From contig JBHGNT010000016.1 of NCBI GenBank assembly GCA_043228905.1, positions 1,488,001-1,552,000 of the forward strand: DNA of 64,000 nucleotides, in the 5' to 3' direction. Below are positions 1 to 12,547 of the stretch, in pieces; position 1 is the stretch's first letter, and every line of letters starts with the position of its first letter. Below the pieces are notes generated by a model. The model saw nothing but the letters and a program-made list of their open reading frames with translations, did no database searches and was not told the origin of the DNA. Source of the DNA: Azolla caroliniana. Lineage: Eukaryota > Plantae > Polypodiophyta. The position numbers were made by a program, and so were the translations under genes.

Positions 1-3000
1 ACGCGAGAGTGGAAAGAGAATCCGGCAAGAAGCTGAAAGCGATACGAGCGGATAACGGAGGGGAATACCGGGGGCAGTTCCAGGAGTACTGTCGCTCGAA
101 GGGAATTCGACTCGAGTTTACTGTGCCGAAGACGCCGGATTTGAACGGGCTGGCCGAGAGGATGAACCGAACCATAATGGAGAGGGTCCGGAGTATGCTG
201 GCGCATGCGAAATTACCCAAGGGGTTTTGGGCTGAGGCAATGTCGACGGCGACATACGTGATAAACAAATCACCCTCAGTACCTTTGGACGGAGACACGC
301 CGCAGAAAGTGTGGACCGGTAGGGAAGTATCCTACCGGCATCTGAAGGTGTTCGGGTGTCTCGCATACGTGCATGTGGCAAAGGACCGGAGAGGAAAGTT
401 AGATCCAAAGACCCGGCCATGCATATTCCTCGGTTACGGCGACGACGAGTTCGGCTACCGAGTATGGGACCCGGTCGACAAGAAGATATTCAGGAGTCGA
501 GATATCATCTTCATGGAGGACAAGACACTCGCCGACTGGGAGTCGGAGAAGAAGATGAAGAGCTCCAAGTCGACCGGTGAGGATCAACTCTACGAAGAGC
601 AGTCCCGACCGGCATGGGACCGGTTAGCACTCGAGGATCCGGCCGAAGACGGTGAAGAAACAGAACCGGCCGAAGAAGATGAAAATGATACCGGAACCGG
701 CCCGGATCCCGAAATGGATTCGGATGAAGAGGAAACGGAGGAGCCGGTTACCAAAGCTCCGGAACGGAGATATCCTCTAAGAGAGAGAAGGGCCCCCCGG
801 AGATTTCCGGAACCAGAGCACGTGCTGCTAACCGACGAGGGGGAGCCGGAGAGCTTTGAAGAAGCGAAGCATGACACCCATGGCCGCAGGTGGCTAAGTG
901 CAATGCAGGAGGAGATGGATTCCCTACATGAGAACCACACATATGAACTTGTGGACTTGCCGAAAGGAAAACGGGCACTCCGTAACAAGTGGGTGTTCAA
1001 GCTGAAACCGGGAGATGCCGGAAACCCCCCGAGATACAAAGCCAGGATCGTGGTAAAGGGGTTTCAGCAGAAGAAGGGCGTCGACTTCGACGAGATATTT
1101 GCCCCGGTAGTGAAGATGACCTCCATCCGGACGGTGCTGAGCATAGCGGCAAGCATGGACCTCGAGGTAGAACAGATGGATGTGAAAACGGCATTTCTTC
1201 ACGGTGACCTCGAAGAAGAGATCTACATGCAGCAACCGGAAGGATTCGAGAAGAAAGCGAAGGAGCACCTGGTATGCCGGTTGAAGAAGAGCCTTTACGG
1301 ACTGAAGCAGGCTCCCCGGCAATGGTACCGGAAGTTCGACTCCTTCATGACAGACGAAGGGTACAACAAAACGCAGTCCGATCACTGCGTGTTTGTGAAG
1401 AAGTTCGAAGGAGGAGACTTTCTAATACTCCTCCTGTACGTGGACGACATGTTGATCGTCGGACGGGACCAGGTCAAGATACGGATGCTGAAGAAGGCTC
1501 TTCACCGAACCTTCTCAATGAAGGACCTGGGTCCGGCGAGGCAAATACTAGGCATGCACATCATCCGGGACCGGAAGAAGAAGCAGTTGTGGCTGTCACA
1601 GGAGAAGTACATGACGAAGGTGCTTCACCGGTTCAACATGTCGGAAGCAAGACCGGTCGGGTCAACCCTCCCGGCAAACTGCAAGTTGTCCAGCAAGCAA
1701 AGCCCCAAGACAAAGGCTGAGAAGGAGAACATGATGAAAGTACCATATGCCTCTGCCGTCTGAAGCTTGATGTACGCAATGGTGTGTACAAGACCGGACA
1801 TTGGATACGCAGTCGGAGTGGTGAGCCGGTATATGAGTAATCCCGGCAAGGAGCATTGGAACGCGGTCAAATGGATACTCCGATACCTGAAAGGCACAAC
1901 AAACGTGTGCCTTCGATTCGGCTCCGGTAAGCCCGAACTCGACGGCTTTACCGATTCGGATATGTCGGCTGATACAGATACCAGCCGGTCCACATCTGGG
2001 TATGTGATGACGTATGCAGGGGGAGCTGTTTCGTGGCAGTCGAGGCTGCAGAAGACGGTTGCACTGTCAACCACGGAGGCGGAGTACATGGCGGCTGTTG
2101 AAGTCGGCAAGGAAATAATATGGATGAAGGACTTCATTAGAGAGCTCGGTATCCGGCAGGAGGAGTACCGACTCTACTGCGACAGTCAGAGTGCCATCCA
2201 CCTTGCGAAGAATGCGGCCTATCACTCCCGGACGAAGCACATCCAGCGGAGATACCACTGGATCCGGGAAAGAATAGAAGACAAGGAGTTCGTGCTGAAG
2301 AAGATCCACACGGACGAGAATGGGTCGGATATGCTGACCAAGGTCCTCACACCCGACAAGCTGGAAGCATGCCGGAAGAGGATCGGATTGGAGAGACATC
2401 CCATGCCGAAGTGAAGGGGGAGTTTGTCGGGATTTCGGTCCCTCCAGATGGGATGTCCGGAAATGAATGACGGCAAGCCCGGTTGCGGTTACGGAACCGG
2501 AGGATGAAAAGTACCCGGCAGGAAGCTGGATGATGAAGACCCCGGCTACGGTGCCGGATGATGAATGTACCCGGAGAGAGATCCGGATGCGGGGACATAT
2601 TTGTGAATATGTTTGCCAAGGCCCCTTGAGGCCATATTTGTAAATAGCCCGAAAGTCATATGTGTATAAATATGACTTAGGGCAAACAGTTTTACGTTGC
2701 TACTCATTTTCTGTTTTTCCACTCAAGAGGAGTGAAGAGAGAGCAGCCGTGAGAGAGAGAGAGAGAGATAGAGCGCGAGAGAGGAAGAGGTAGACGCCTC
2801 TGTGTATTTCCGCCGCCTGTGGCGAGGACAGCGAGCTCAAGGTCATCGCCTTGCAGCTCGCCATTGTATACTTCTCTGTATAGTGTTGGTTTGGAGTCTT
2901 GTACTCCCGTGGTTTTTCCCGTCTAGGGTTTTCCACGTTAATCCCTGTGTGCTCGCGTCTTGTTTCTCTGTGTGGTTCCTATTTTCTGCTCCATTGATTC

Positions 3001-3057
3001 GCGCTTACTCGGTTGTGGCCGGGTGGTGAAGGTGAATAGAAGCGTCTATTCCTTACA
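1..3057 (+). mobile_element. Ty1/Copia LTR retrotransposon, copy 1 (5' part outside window): IN-RT-RH, PPT, 3' LTR 2425-3057
   Basis: Integrase (DNGGEY, GKLDPK), RT (DVKTAFLHG, YVDDML) and RNase H (TKHIQRRYH) in Copia order; PPT GAAGGGGGAG ~2413-2422; LTR TG(2425)...CA(3057). Confidence 0.95.
9..2414 (+). pseudogene. Copia pol (IN-RT-RH) with one in-frame TGA at 1761-1763
   Basis: ORFs 9-1763 and 1767-2414 are in frame; YASAV*SLMY versus YASAVGSLMY in the intact copy. Confidence 0.9.
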
Positions 3058-6000
3058 CCGGATAGCTGGGAGACGTTGGTTGTCACTTTGGGCAACGTCG
3101 GTTCAATGAAGAGAGCAAGGCTCATGAGCTCTGGGAGAAGATCGGCATAATGTTTCAAAACAAAAATGTTGTTAATCAGGTTTCGGTATTCCGGAAGCTA
3201 GTAAGACTCTGGTACCAAGATGGTTCCAGCATGGCGGAGCACATGAATGCCTTCCAGGGGCTGATCCACCAGGAAACTTCATTGGAAGTACCTCTCGCCG
3301 ATGAGGTACTAGTGCTACTCCTGCTCGGTTCCCTCCCGGATAGCTGGGAGACATTGGTTGTCACTTTGGGCAACGTCGGGCCGGAAGGAAAACGGTTATC
3401 CCTAGCAAGAGTAAAGTCGAGCTTTCTAGATGAGGAGGCGCGTCGGAAAGATAAAGATACGAGCTCCGACTCCAAAGCACTCCTTACCGAATCGGAACAC
3501 GGAAGACAAAGAAACCGTAGTCCCCAGAACTGGGAAAAGTCGGGGACACTCTCAAAGTCAAGGGGGAGACCTACTTGCTTCTATTGCAGCAAGCCAGGAC
3601 ACTTCCAGAAGAACTGTTGGCATTTCCGAAAGGACAAGGAAACCGACGGTACCGATTCGAAGCGGACACCGGACCGGAACGGTAAAGACCGTAGGGGACC
3701 GAACCAGATGGGAACGACGGCAATCGCGGCAAGTGAAGATGAGAGTATGCTCATCACCGAGGAGAGTGAGATAAACCTTGCCGGCGACGAGATGACCTGG
3801 GTGGTAGACTTCGGAGCGTCGTTCCACCTTACCCCAGTCCGGAAATGCTTCTCATCCTACTCAGCTGGTGATCACGGCTGTGTTCAGATGGGGAATGAAG
3901 GTACATGCCGAATTGTCGGCATAGGAGACGTGTGGCTGACAACACCAACCGGATGCAAGTTGCTGCTGAAGGATGTCCGACACGTTCCGGAGGTTCGTCT
4001 GAACCTTATATCAGCCGGTCGGCTAGATGATGAAGGCTACACGGGTAGCATCCGGAACGGTGTCATGAAGTTCAGCAAAGGGAGCCTGATTGTGGCTCGG
4101 GCCCGGAAGGTCAACACACTATACCTGATGAATGCCCGGTTATGTCCGGAAGAAGTGAACGTGGCATCCGACACTGCCGGTGAGCTATGGCACAAGAGAC
4201 TGTGTCATATGAGCGAGAAGGGGATGAAGAGGCTTGCAGACGACAACCTCATTCCAGTGAAGAACGTGCACTTGGAGAAGTGCACTGATTGTCTGGCCGG
4301 TAAGCAAAACCAGACCTCTTTCCGACCAAGGCCACCGATGAGACGTAATGCACCACTGGAGTTGGTGCATACGGATGTGTGTCAAGTAGACACGATACTT
4401 CGTGACATTCATAGATGACTACAACCGGAATCTGTGGGCCACACCGTTGAAGACAAAGGATCAGGTGCTATCCGTCTTCAAAGAGCTCCATGCGAGAGTG
4501 GAAAGAGAAACCGGCCGGTAGCTGAAGGCGGTTCGAGCAGATAACGGAGGAGAATACCGGGGGCAGTTCGAGGAGTATTGCCGCTCGAAGGGAATCCGGC
4601 TCGAATTTACCGTGTCGAAGACGCCGGAACTAAACGAACTGGCCGAGAGGATGAACCGAACCATAATGGAGAGGGTCCGGAGTATGCTAGCGCATGCAAA
4701 ACTACCCAAGAAGTTTTGGCCTGAGGCACTGTCAACGGCGACATATGTGATAAATAGATCACCCTCAGTACCCTTGGACGGAGACACGCCACAGAGAGTG
4801 TGGACCGGTAAGGAAGTATCCTACCGGCATCTGAAGGTGTTCGGGTGTCTCGCGTACGTGCATGTAGCTAAGGACCGGAGAGGAAAGTTAGATCTAAAGA
4901 CCCGGCCATGCATATTCCTCGGTTACGGTGACGATCAGTTCGGCTACCGAGTGTGGGACCTGGTCGACAAGAAGGTATTCCGGAGTCGAGATATTATCTT
5001 CATGGAGGACAAGACGCTCGCCGACTGGGAGTCGGAGAAGAAGATAATGAACTCCGAGTTGACCGGTAAGGATCGATTCTACGATGAGCAGACCCAACTG
5101 GCGAGAGACCGGTTAGCACTCGAAGAACCAACCGGATACGGTGAGGATACCGAACAGGCTAAAGAAGAAGTAGAGGAAGCCGAATCCGGAACCGGCCAAG
5201 ACCCCGAATCGGATTCGGATGAAGAGCAAATGGAGGAGCTTCGAAGAAGCGAAGGATGACACCCACAACCGCAAATGGTTAAGTGCCATGCAGGACGAGA
5301 TGGATTCCTTGCATGAGAACCATACGTACGAATTGGTGGAGTTGCCGAAAGGAAAGCGGGCACTCCGAAACAAGTGGGTGTACAAGTTGAAACCGGGAGA
5401 TGCCGGCAACCCCCGAGATACAAAGCCAGGATCGTGGTGAAGGGGTTCCAGCAGAAAAAGGGCGTGGACTTTGAGGAGATATTTGCCCCGGTAGTAAAGA
5501 TGACCTCCATCCGGACGGTGCTGAGTATAGCGGCAAGCATGGACCTCGAGGTAGAATAGCTGGACGTGAAGACGTCATTCCTTCACGGCAACCTCGAAGA
5601 GGAGATCTACATGCAGCAACTGGAAGGATTTGTGGAGAAAGGGAAGGAGCACTTGGTATGCCGGCTGAAGAAGAGCCTGTACGGACTAAAGCAGGCTCCC
5701 CGACAATGGTACCGGAAGTTCGACTCCTTCATGACTGATCAAGGGTACCACAAGACGCAGGCCGATCACTGCGTATTTGTGAAGAAGTTCGAAGGAGGCG
5801 ACTTCCTGATACTCCTTCTGTACGTGGATGACATGTTGATCGTCGGACGGGACCAAGTCAAAATATGGATGCTGAAGAAGGCTCTCAACCGGACCTTCTC
5901 AATGAAAGACTTGGGTCCGACAAGACAGATGCTGGGGATGCACATCATTCGGAACCGGTCAAAGAAGCAATTATGGTTGTCACAGGAGAAGTACGTGACA

Positions 6001-7589
6001 AAGGTGCTTCACCGGTTCAACATGTCAGATGCGAAACCGGTCGGATCAACACTTCCGGCAAACTGCAGGTTATCCGGTAAGCAAAGCCCGAAGACGAAAG
6101 CAGAGAAGGCAAATATGATGAAGATTCCATATGCCTCTGCCGTCGGGAGCTTAATGTACGCGATGGTGTGTACCCGACCGGATATAGGATACGCAGTCGG
6201 AGTGGTGAGCCAGTTCATGAGCAATCCCGGGAAGGAGCACTGGAACGCAGTCAAATGGATACTTCGGTATTTGAAGGGCACTTCAAATATGTGTCTCCGA
6301 TTCGGCTCCGGAAAACCCCAACTTGACGGTTTCACCGATTCGGACATGTCGGCTGATGTGGATACCAGTCGGTTTACATCCGGGTATGTAATGACATATG
6401 CAGGGGGAGCTGTTTTGGGGTAGTCGAGGCTGCAGAAGACGGTTGCATTGTCAACCACGGAGGCGGAGTACATGGCGGCTGTGGAAGCCGGCAAGGAAAT
6501 CTTATGGATGAAGGACTTCATCGGAGAGCTCGGTATCCGGCAAGATGAATACCGACTCTAATGTGATAGTCAAAGTGCCATCCACCTTGCTAAGAATGCG
6601 GCCTACCATTCCCGGACGAAGCATATCCAGCGAAGGTATCAATGGATCCGGGAAAGAGTAGATGACCAAGAGTTTGCGCTGACGAAGATCCACACGGCTG
6701 AGAACGGGTCAGATATGCTGACCAAAGTTCTGATACCCGACAAGCTGGATGCATGCCGGAAGAGGATCGGACTAGTAAGACACCCCATGCCGGAGTGAAG
6801 GGGGAGTTTGTTGGGAGACAGGTCCCTCCTGATGGTGCAGACCCGGTGAGAACCGGATGAGGAGTACTCGGCTACGGAGAGCCGGATAGTGTAGACCCGG
6901 TGAGAACCGGATGAGGAGTACCCGGCTACAGAGAGCCGGAAGGTGCAGACCCGGTGAGAACCGGATGAGGAGTACCCAGCTACGGAGAACCGGATGGTGC
7001 AAACCCGGTGAGAACCAGATGAGGAGTACCCGGCTACGGAGAGCCGGATGGTGCAGACCAGGTGAGAACCGGATGAGGAGTACCCGGCTACGGAGAGCCG
7101 GATGGTGCAGACCCGGTGAGGAATGCTCACTGGATGAAGAGACATATTCGTAAATATGTTTCTGAGAGTCCATCGAGGCTATATTTGTAAATAGCCGAAA
7201 AGTCATATTAGTATAAATATGACTTAGGGCAACTTTTAGGCGGTTGTTGTTGTCATTCTTGTTGGTGCAAGAAAAGAGAGAGCGCATAACTATGTACAGA
7301 GAGAGAGAGAGAGAAAGAGGTCGTTGCCTCTGTTGTAACCTCCGTCTGTGGCGAGGATCGTGAGCACGAGGTTGTTGCCTCCGTGAACTCACTGTTGTAC
7401 ATTCTAACATAGTGATAGTTTGCAGCCTGTGGGCTGCCGTGGTTTTTCCTCTTAGTTTGGGTTTTCCATGTAAACATCCTGCGTACTCGTCTCCTCTTCG
7501 TGTCGTTCATTATTTCCCGTTTTCTGTGTATGATTCTAAGATCGGTTGTGGCCGAGCGTCGTGTAGAAGGAGCGTTTTAGTTCATGTCA
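3058..7589 (+). mobile_element. Ty1/Copia copy 2, degenerate (partial gag, PR, IN, RT, RH, 3' LTR 6809-7589); copy 1 appears inserted in its gag
   Basis: CCHC knuckle CFYCSKPGHFQKNC, protease WVVDFGASFH, several stops and deletions; PPT ~6797-6806; LTR TGTTGGG...GTCA. Confidence 0.92.
6831..7120 (+). repeat. 54-bp tandem repeat (~5.4 copies) in U3 of the copy-2 LTR
   Basis: GATGGTGCAGACCCGGTGAGAACCGGATGAGGAGTACCCGGCTACGGAGAGCCG recurs at 6831, 6885, 6939, 6993, 7047, 7101. Confidence 0.95.
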
Positions 7590-8305
7590 TATGGTAGTAG
7601 CTAGGATAGCTAATTAGCTACTTTACTAACTATGGTAGTAGCTAGGATAGCTAACTAGCTACTTTACTCAACTATGGTAGTAGCTAGGATAGCTAATTAG
7701 CTACTTTACTCAACTATGGTAGTAGCTAGGATAGCTAATTAGCTACTTTTCTCAACCATGGTAATAGCTAGGATAGCTAATTAGCTACTTTACACAACTA
7801 TGGCAATAGCTAATTAGCTAGTAGGATAGCTAATTAGCTACAATGATAGCTAATTAGCTACTTTCTCAACTATGTAGTAGCTAGGATAGCTTATTAGCTA
7901 CTAGGATAGCTAATTAGCTGCCATTAGTTAATTAGCTACTAGGTTAGCTTATTAGCTATTTTACACAACTATGGCAGTAGCTAATTAGCTAGTAGGATAG
8001 CTAATTAGTTGCCAATAGCTAATTAGCTAGTAGGATAGCTAATTAGCTTTTTTACACAACTATGGTACTAGCTAATTAGCTAGTACCATAGCTAATTAGC
8101 TACTAGGATAGCTAATTAGCTAGTAGCTCATTAGCTGCCAGTAGCTAATTAGCTAGTAGGATAGCTAATTAGCTACTTTACACAACTATGGTACTAGCTA
8201 ATTAGCTAGTAGCTAACTAGCTGCTAGTAGCTAATTAGCTACCAGTAGGATATTAGCTAGTAGCTAACTAGCTACCAGTAGCTAATTAGCTACCAGTAGG
8301 ATACA
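7590..8305. repeat. Array of the palindromic motif TAGCTAATTAGCTA (probable CACTA subterminal repeat)
   Basis: About 25-30 perfect or degenerate copies interleaved with CTAGGATAG and ACAACTATGG. Confidence 0.95.
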
Positions 8306-8498
8306 CTAACTTTGCTCATGAATCGTTAACTTACTTGAAGCTTTTCCAAATTGTAATCTACAACAGTATTTACACCTAGAAGGTCTAGGTTCATTGAAAG
8401 AACCTGGATCTCTATTTGCAGTTGTATTTTACGTTGGGGATCTAGCGGCCCCTCTAATTCAAGCTCTTGTTGCGCAACCTATTCCAGATAATGCTTGA

Positions 8499-9408
8499 TT
8501 AGCCCATTTTACCCTTAACGTTATTTATAACATAATCACATACCAACAAAACAATAGTTACCTGAATCTTATTTCTAATCGTTGTAACAACGGAAGTAAC
8601 TTTGCTCTCCATTGCAGAAGCCATTGTGGCTTTCTCTAAATCAGTCTTAAAAAATGCCAATGTCTCACAGGCTTCATGGACATTTTTTAGCATATAGCTA
8701 ACCAATGTCTCACCTGTATCATCAACATTGGCTTTCCTTCGGTGTCGGTGTGGTGTATGCCCCTGGTCTTGCTGGGAGTCGACAGTTGCATCAACAGCTG
8801 CCATGCTCCAAAATCTGTCTATTTTTTGTGCCAAGGTCCCCATCTTTCAGCATCTTTTTACCGATGCCTCACCATAGACTGCCCAAGCTACCCTATACAT
8901 TTCAAGGTCTCTGGATTCCTTCGTTGTTTTGCAGTACTCAGTCGGCAGTTGCATCAACAGTTGGCATGCTCCAAAATCTGTCTATTTTTTGTGCCTAGGT
9001 CCCCATCTTTCGGCATCTTTTTACCGATGCCTCACCATAAACTGCCCAAGCTACCCTATACATTTCATGGTCTCTGGATTCCTTCGTTGTTTTGCAGTAC
9101 TCATATGCAAATGCTCTAGCAAATGAAACTGACAACTCATTGTTGACTGGGATCTCCTGATGAACTTTCTGGTGCAGCCTCATGTAGTCATCATACAAGT
9201 CGGCTCGTACATGCTTCAGCTTCACCTTGCCTTTGACTATAGGCACTGTATATATTGTCATCCAGTCTACGTCACTGATCAATTTATCACTTAGGACAAC
9301 AGGGTCAACACTCTCGAGTGACAGACCATAGGTGTTGTGGAAGTCCTCCTTTGTCTCGCAAAATTTTGCGAAGTTTATCACTCTCGGATATGGAGGAACG
9401 AGCCATCT
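8499..9408 (-). pseudogene. Disrupted coding sequence of unknown function inside the CACTA-like element
   Basis: ORFs 8995-9381 and 8499-8843 are broken by an internal 163-bp duplication; candidate acceptor TTTCAG near 9408; no recognisable domain. Confidence 0.4.
8777..9103. repeat. 163-bp tandem duplication
   Basis: CAGTTGCATCAACAG...TTTTGCAGTACTCA at 8783 and 8946. Confidence 0.92.
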
Positions 9409-9509
9409 GAAATATCATTTCAAAAATCAGAAATAGTGCAAAATGAGAATATGTCAGAATCAAAAACCCCAATCAACAACAACAGAAATAGTGCAAAATT
9501 TTTAACTTA

Positions 9510-9895
9510 GCAAATCAAAAACCCTAATCATAATTTGTATTCAGAAATTTGAAATCAGAAACCCTAATCAAAATCTGTAATCAGAAGTTTGTAACCAGAA
9601 ACCCTATTCAGAAATTCTAATCAGAAATATATAATCAAAAACCCTAATTAGAAATTTCAATAAGAAACCCTAATCAGAAATTTCAATCACAAACCCTAAA
9701 GAGAAATCCTAAACAGAAATTTATAAACAAAAACCCTATTCAGAAATTCTAATAAAAAATTCTAATCTGTAATAAAAATTTGTAACCAAAAACCCTATTC
9801 AGAAATTCTAATCAGAAATTTATAATCAAAAACCCTAATTAGAAATTTCAATCAGAAACCCTAATCAAAAATTTCAATCAGAAACCCCAATCATC
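9510..9895. repeat. AT-rich minisatellite of ATCAGAAACCCTA/ATCAGAAATTTC units with a ~191-bp higher-order repeat
   Basis: Repeated AAACCCTA; block at 9590 recurs at 9781. Confidence 0.85.
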
Positions 9896-10423
9896 ACTCA
9901 AGACAGGATTAAACACAAAAAAAGTAATATAAACACACCTGTTGCTACTCCCCCATCAGCGAGACATCCTTGTATGGGACTCCAAGGACTTCGCCCTATT
10001 CGATTTTGGGGAAATATGAATCGGCACCAAAGTTCAAACAGTAGTCAAAAAGAAAAAACAAATGTTTGGGGTTTCTATAACTAAAACATACCTGGACGAT
10101 GATCGAGCGGGTTCTGTGTTGTAGCTCTCAATCTGCAATGTCGATTTTCTGCTCCTGCAGGAGCTACGTCTACGTTCGTGCTCTAAGTAGTCCATCTGCG
10201 TTCAAAATCAAACTTAAGCTAAACAGGAAATTGATGACATTGAAGTCGACCTTAGATGATGGTGTTATTCCCCAAGTTCCACTACGTCTGAAACAGAAGT
10301 TCAAATATTTGAGTTTTTTTATAAATTAGTTTTTCAAATATTTGATTTTCCCACAAAAAAGACTAGCTAAACAAATAGCTAATTAGTTATGGCCATTTTA
10401 GTAGCTAATTAGCTATAATAGTG

Positions 10424-12547
10424 TTTCCACTCGCATGCTTTTACCCGACAACACCACTTGCCTTTTTCCCGACCTTTGCGTCAACCTCTTCTACTGGTCA
10501 CGTTCACCTGCCGCCACCGATCTCTCCTATAGGACTCACGCCGACACTCGGGCCGATTGCCGGATCGGTGTGAGGATATCCGCCGACCGCCCATTTGCAG
10601 TCTTTTTGCCTTCGTCCCCTCGCCGCCACCATTCGCTACTCTAGGTCTCACGCCGGCTCTTGGGCCGACCGCCGGAGTCTCTAGAACCGGTGTGAAGGAT
10701 CCTCCTCGGGCCTTCGTCTAGTCTCTGACCCTTATCCCGGGTCGTCTTTGTCCGCAAGTCGAGAGGGTGGCTCGCACCACACCCTCCCCCGTGGTACCGA
10801 CGTACCGTGCTCCCGGCCTCTTCGTAGGCCTGCTCTCTCCTCTCTTCCGGATTAGTTATCCGAAAGTCCGTTCCACCCCGTTCTCGTCCGGGTCTGCCCG
10901 TGATTCTCTAGATTGCCGGGTCCCGTTCTCCTGTCATCACCGATCTCTCCTATAGGACTCACGCCGGCACTCGGACCGACAGCCGGATCGGTGTGAGGAT
11001 CTCCATAGGACCGGTCTTCGTTCTCCGCTTCATCCCTTACTCGTTGTCACTCTCCTCACTGTGCTCCCGCCTCCATCTTCCATCTCTTTCGGTCTCATTT
11101 TGCCATGTCGGCCGAACTACCGAAGTCTCTGTTACCCCGTACGAGATGTACGCAGAGTCAATGTGATGAGCGAGGGTCAAATATTATCATGATGATTGTT
11201 GTGTGTGTGTAGGGGGCATAAATGTAATTGTGAGTCGATACATATGTGAACACATGCACACGTGTGTGCATGTGGATGGATACGAGGAGGTGTGAGTGAG
11301 TGTCCAGTATGAATGCTCTAGGGGGCTTACACCCCTTTGTATCTACCCCCTCTTGTACTATTTAACCCCTTATGGGGAATGAATGAAGGAATAATCATTT
11401 TCTCTCTATCTATCTCTCTTTTCATCTCTCTCTCTCTCTCTCTCTCCCCCTTAACGTTGTACATCCTTAGGAGGGGAGTGGAGCCATTCTAGGCACCACC
11501 CCCCACCCCGCAATGCTTCTCAATGATTCTCAACATCTTCATCTCAATCTCTCTCACCATCATACTCTCCACCATCTTCACTATTACGTCATGTCAATCA
11601 TCATCATCAATAATCATCATAATAATATATTAACCATAACCCTAAAACGTATAACAGTCTCCGGACTAGATGTGGGGTAACCGATTTCGTAACGTCTTTC
11701 GGCGACTCGTCCGGGGTCACCGACCCTTTTAGTGGTGTCAGTGGAAAGGATCAGCTCTGTGATCAACCAAGCCCCGCCTAGGTTTGATTCTCCAATGTTC
11801 GGAGTTTCGGCTCTGATGCCGACCTTGCCGGACTCGTTCCGAACCCTTGATCACCTTCCTTCTGATTCCCGACCTTCGCCCAGTCGGTCTTTCTCCCCAT
11901 GTAAAAGAGGGCGGCTTGTTCCGCACCCTCTCCCGTATTGGCACCCTCATGCCGATTCTAGCCCCGGTCGAGCATTCCACAACCGGATCGCGCTCCAACC
12001 GAATCGGAGTGGCGCGCGGTTTGGTCCCCGGTTGGGTCGTTGCTTGGTCTCTTCGTCGACCTTCTCGCGAGCCACCTCCCATCCTTCTTCGCTGGCATCG
12101 TGCCAAGACTCCTCGATACCGTCATCCATCTCCTCGGTCTCACATGGGCGTAAGGGCCCGAATGCCGAGTTCTCCGGAATTGGTCCCGAGGGCTCTTGTC
12201 CGTTCCTTCCCCGTATCGTCTCGCTGGTGATTCTTGGTCTCACGCCGCCGCCTTCCTCCTCTTGGAGCTCACATGGGCACTCGGGCCCGACTGCCATCGT
12301 CTTGGGAGCAAGTGTCGGAAGACATAAAGAATTGCCCATCCGTTTTACGCCCTTGTCCGTAGCCACCGGCTCTTCCTGGTTGGCGGTCGTCTCCTTACCG
12401 ATCGCGCAAGCCACGCCTAGGCTTGCTTCTCCAATGTCCGGGGTTTCAATGTTCCGATTCTGCGATTGGTATAACGGTCTCGTCCTCGGCCGTTCTATCT
12501 CCGCAAGTCGAGAGGGCGTTTTGTTTTGCACCCTCCCGTGGTACCGT
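10424..12547 (-). mobile_element. Repeat-rich internal region of a putative non-autonomous Gypsy element (inverted homolog of 21673-22751/28147-28891)
   Basis: GGACTCACGCCGACACTCGGGCCGA...GGTGTGAGGAT repeats (10532, 10644, 10955) are reverse complements of repeats at ~22050-22350. Confidence 0.75.
11130..11656 (+). mobile_element. Solo LTR (AT-rich family, 527 bp)
   Basis: TGTTA...TAACA inverted termini; perfect 5-bp TSD GTCTC (11125-11129, 11657-11661); related sequence at 49275-49846. Confidence 0.9.

Larger units (their letters stand above)
7590..10423 (-). mobile_element. CACTA/En-Spm-like DNA transposon remnant (one terminus visible)
   Basis: Ends in ...TAGCTAATTAGCTATAATAGTG (reverse complement begins CACTA) at 10423; same palindromic motif arrayed at the other side; GC content changes sharply at 10424. 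Confidence 0.65.

Noticed and set aside
118-2619. Many antisense and alternate-frame ORFs over TE coding regions (also throughout 15000-35000)
   Set aside because: Expected shadows of GC-rich pol/gag; no independent motifs.
6831-7120. CRISPR-like regular repeats
   Set aside because: Head-to-tail repeats with no unique spacers, inside a plant LTR.
9510-9895. Interstitial telomere
   Set aside because: AAACCCTA units are not contiguous; better read as a minisatellite.
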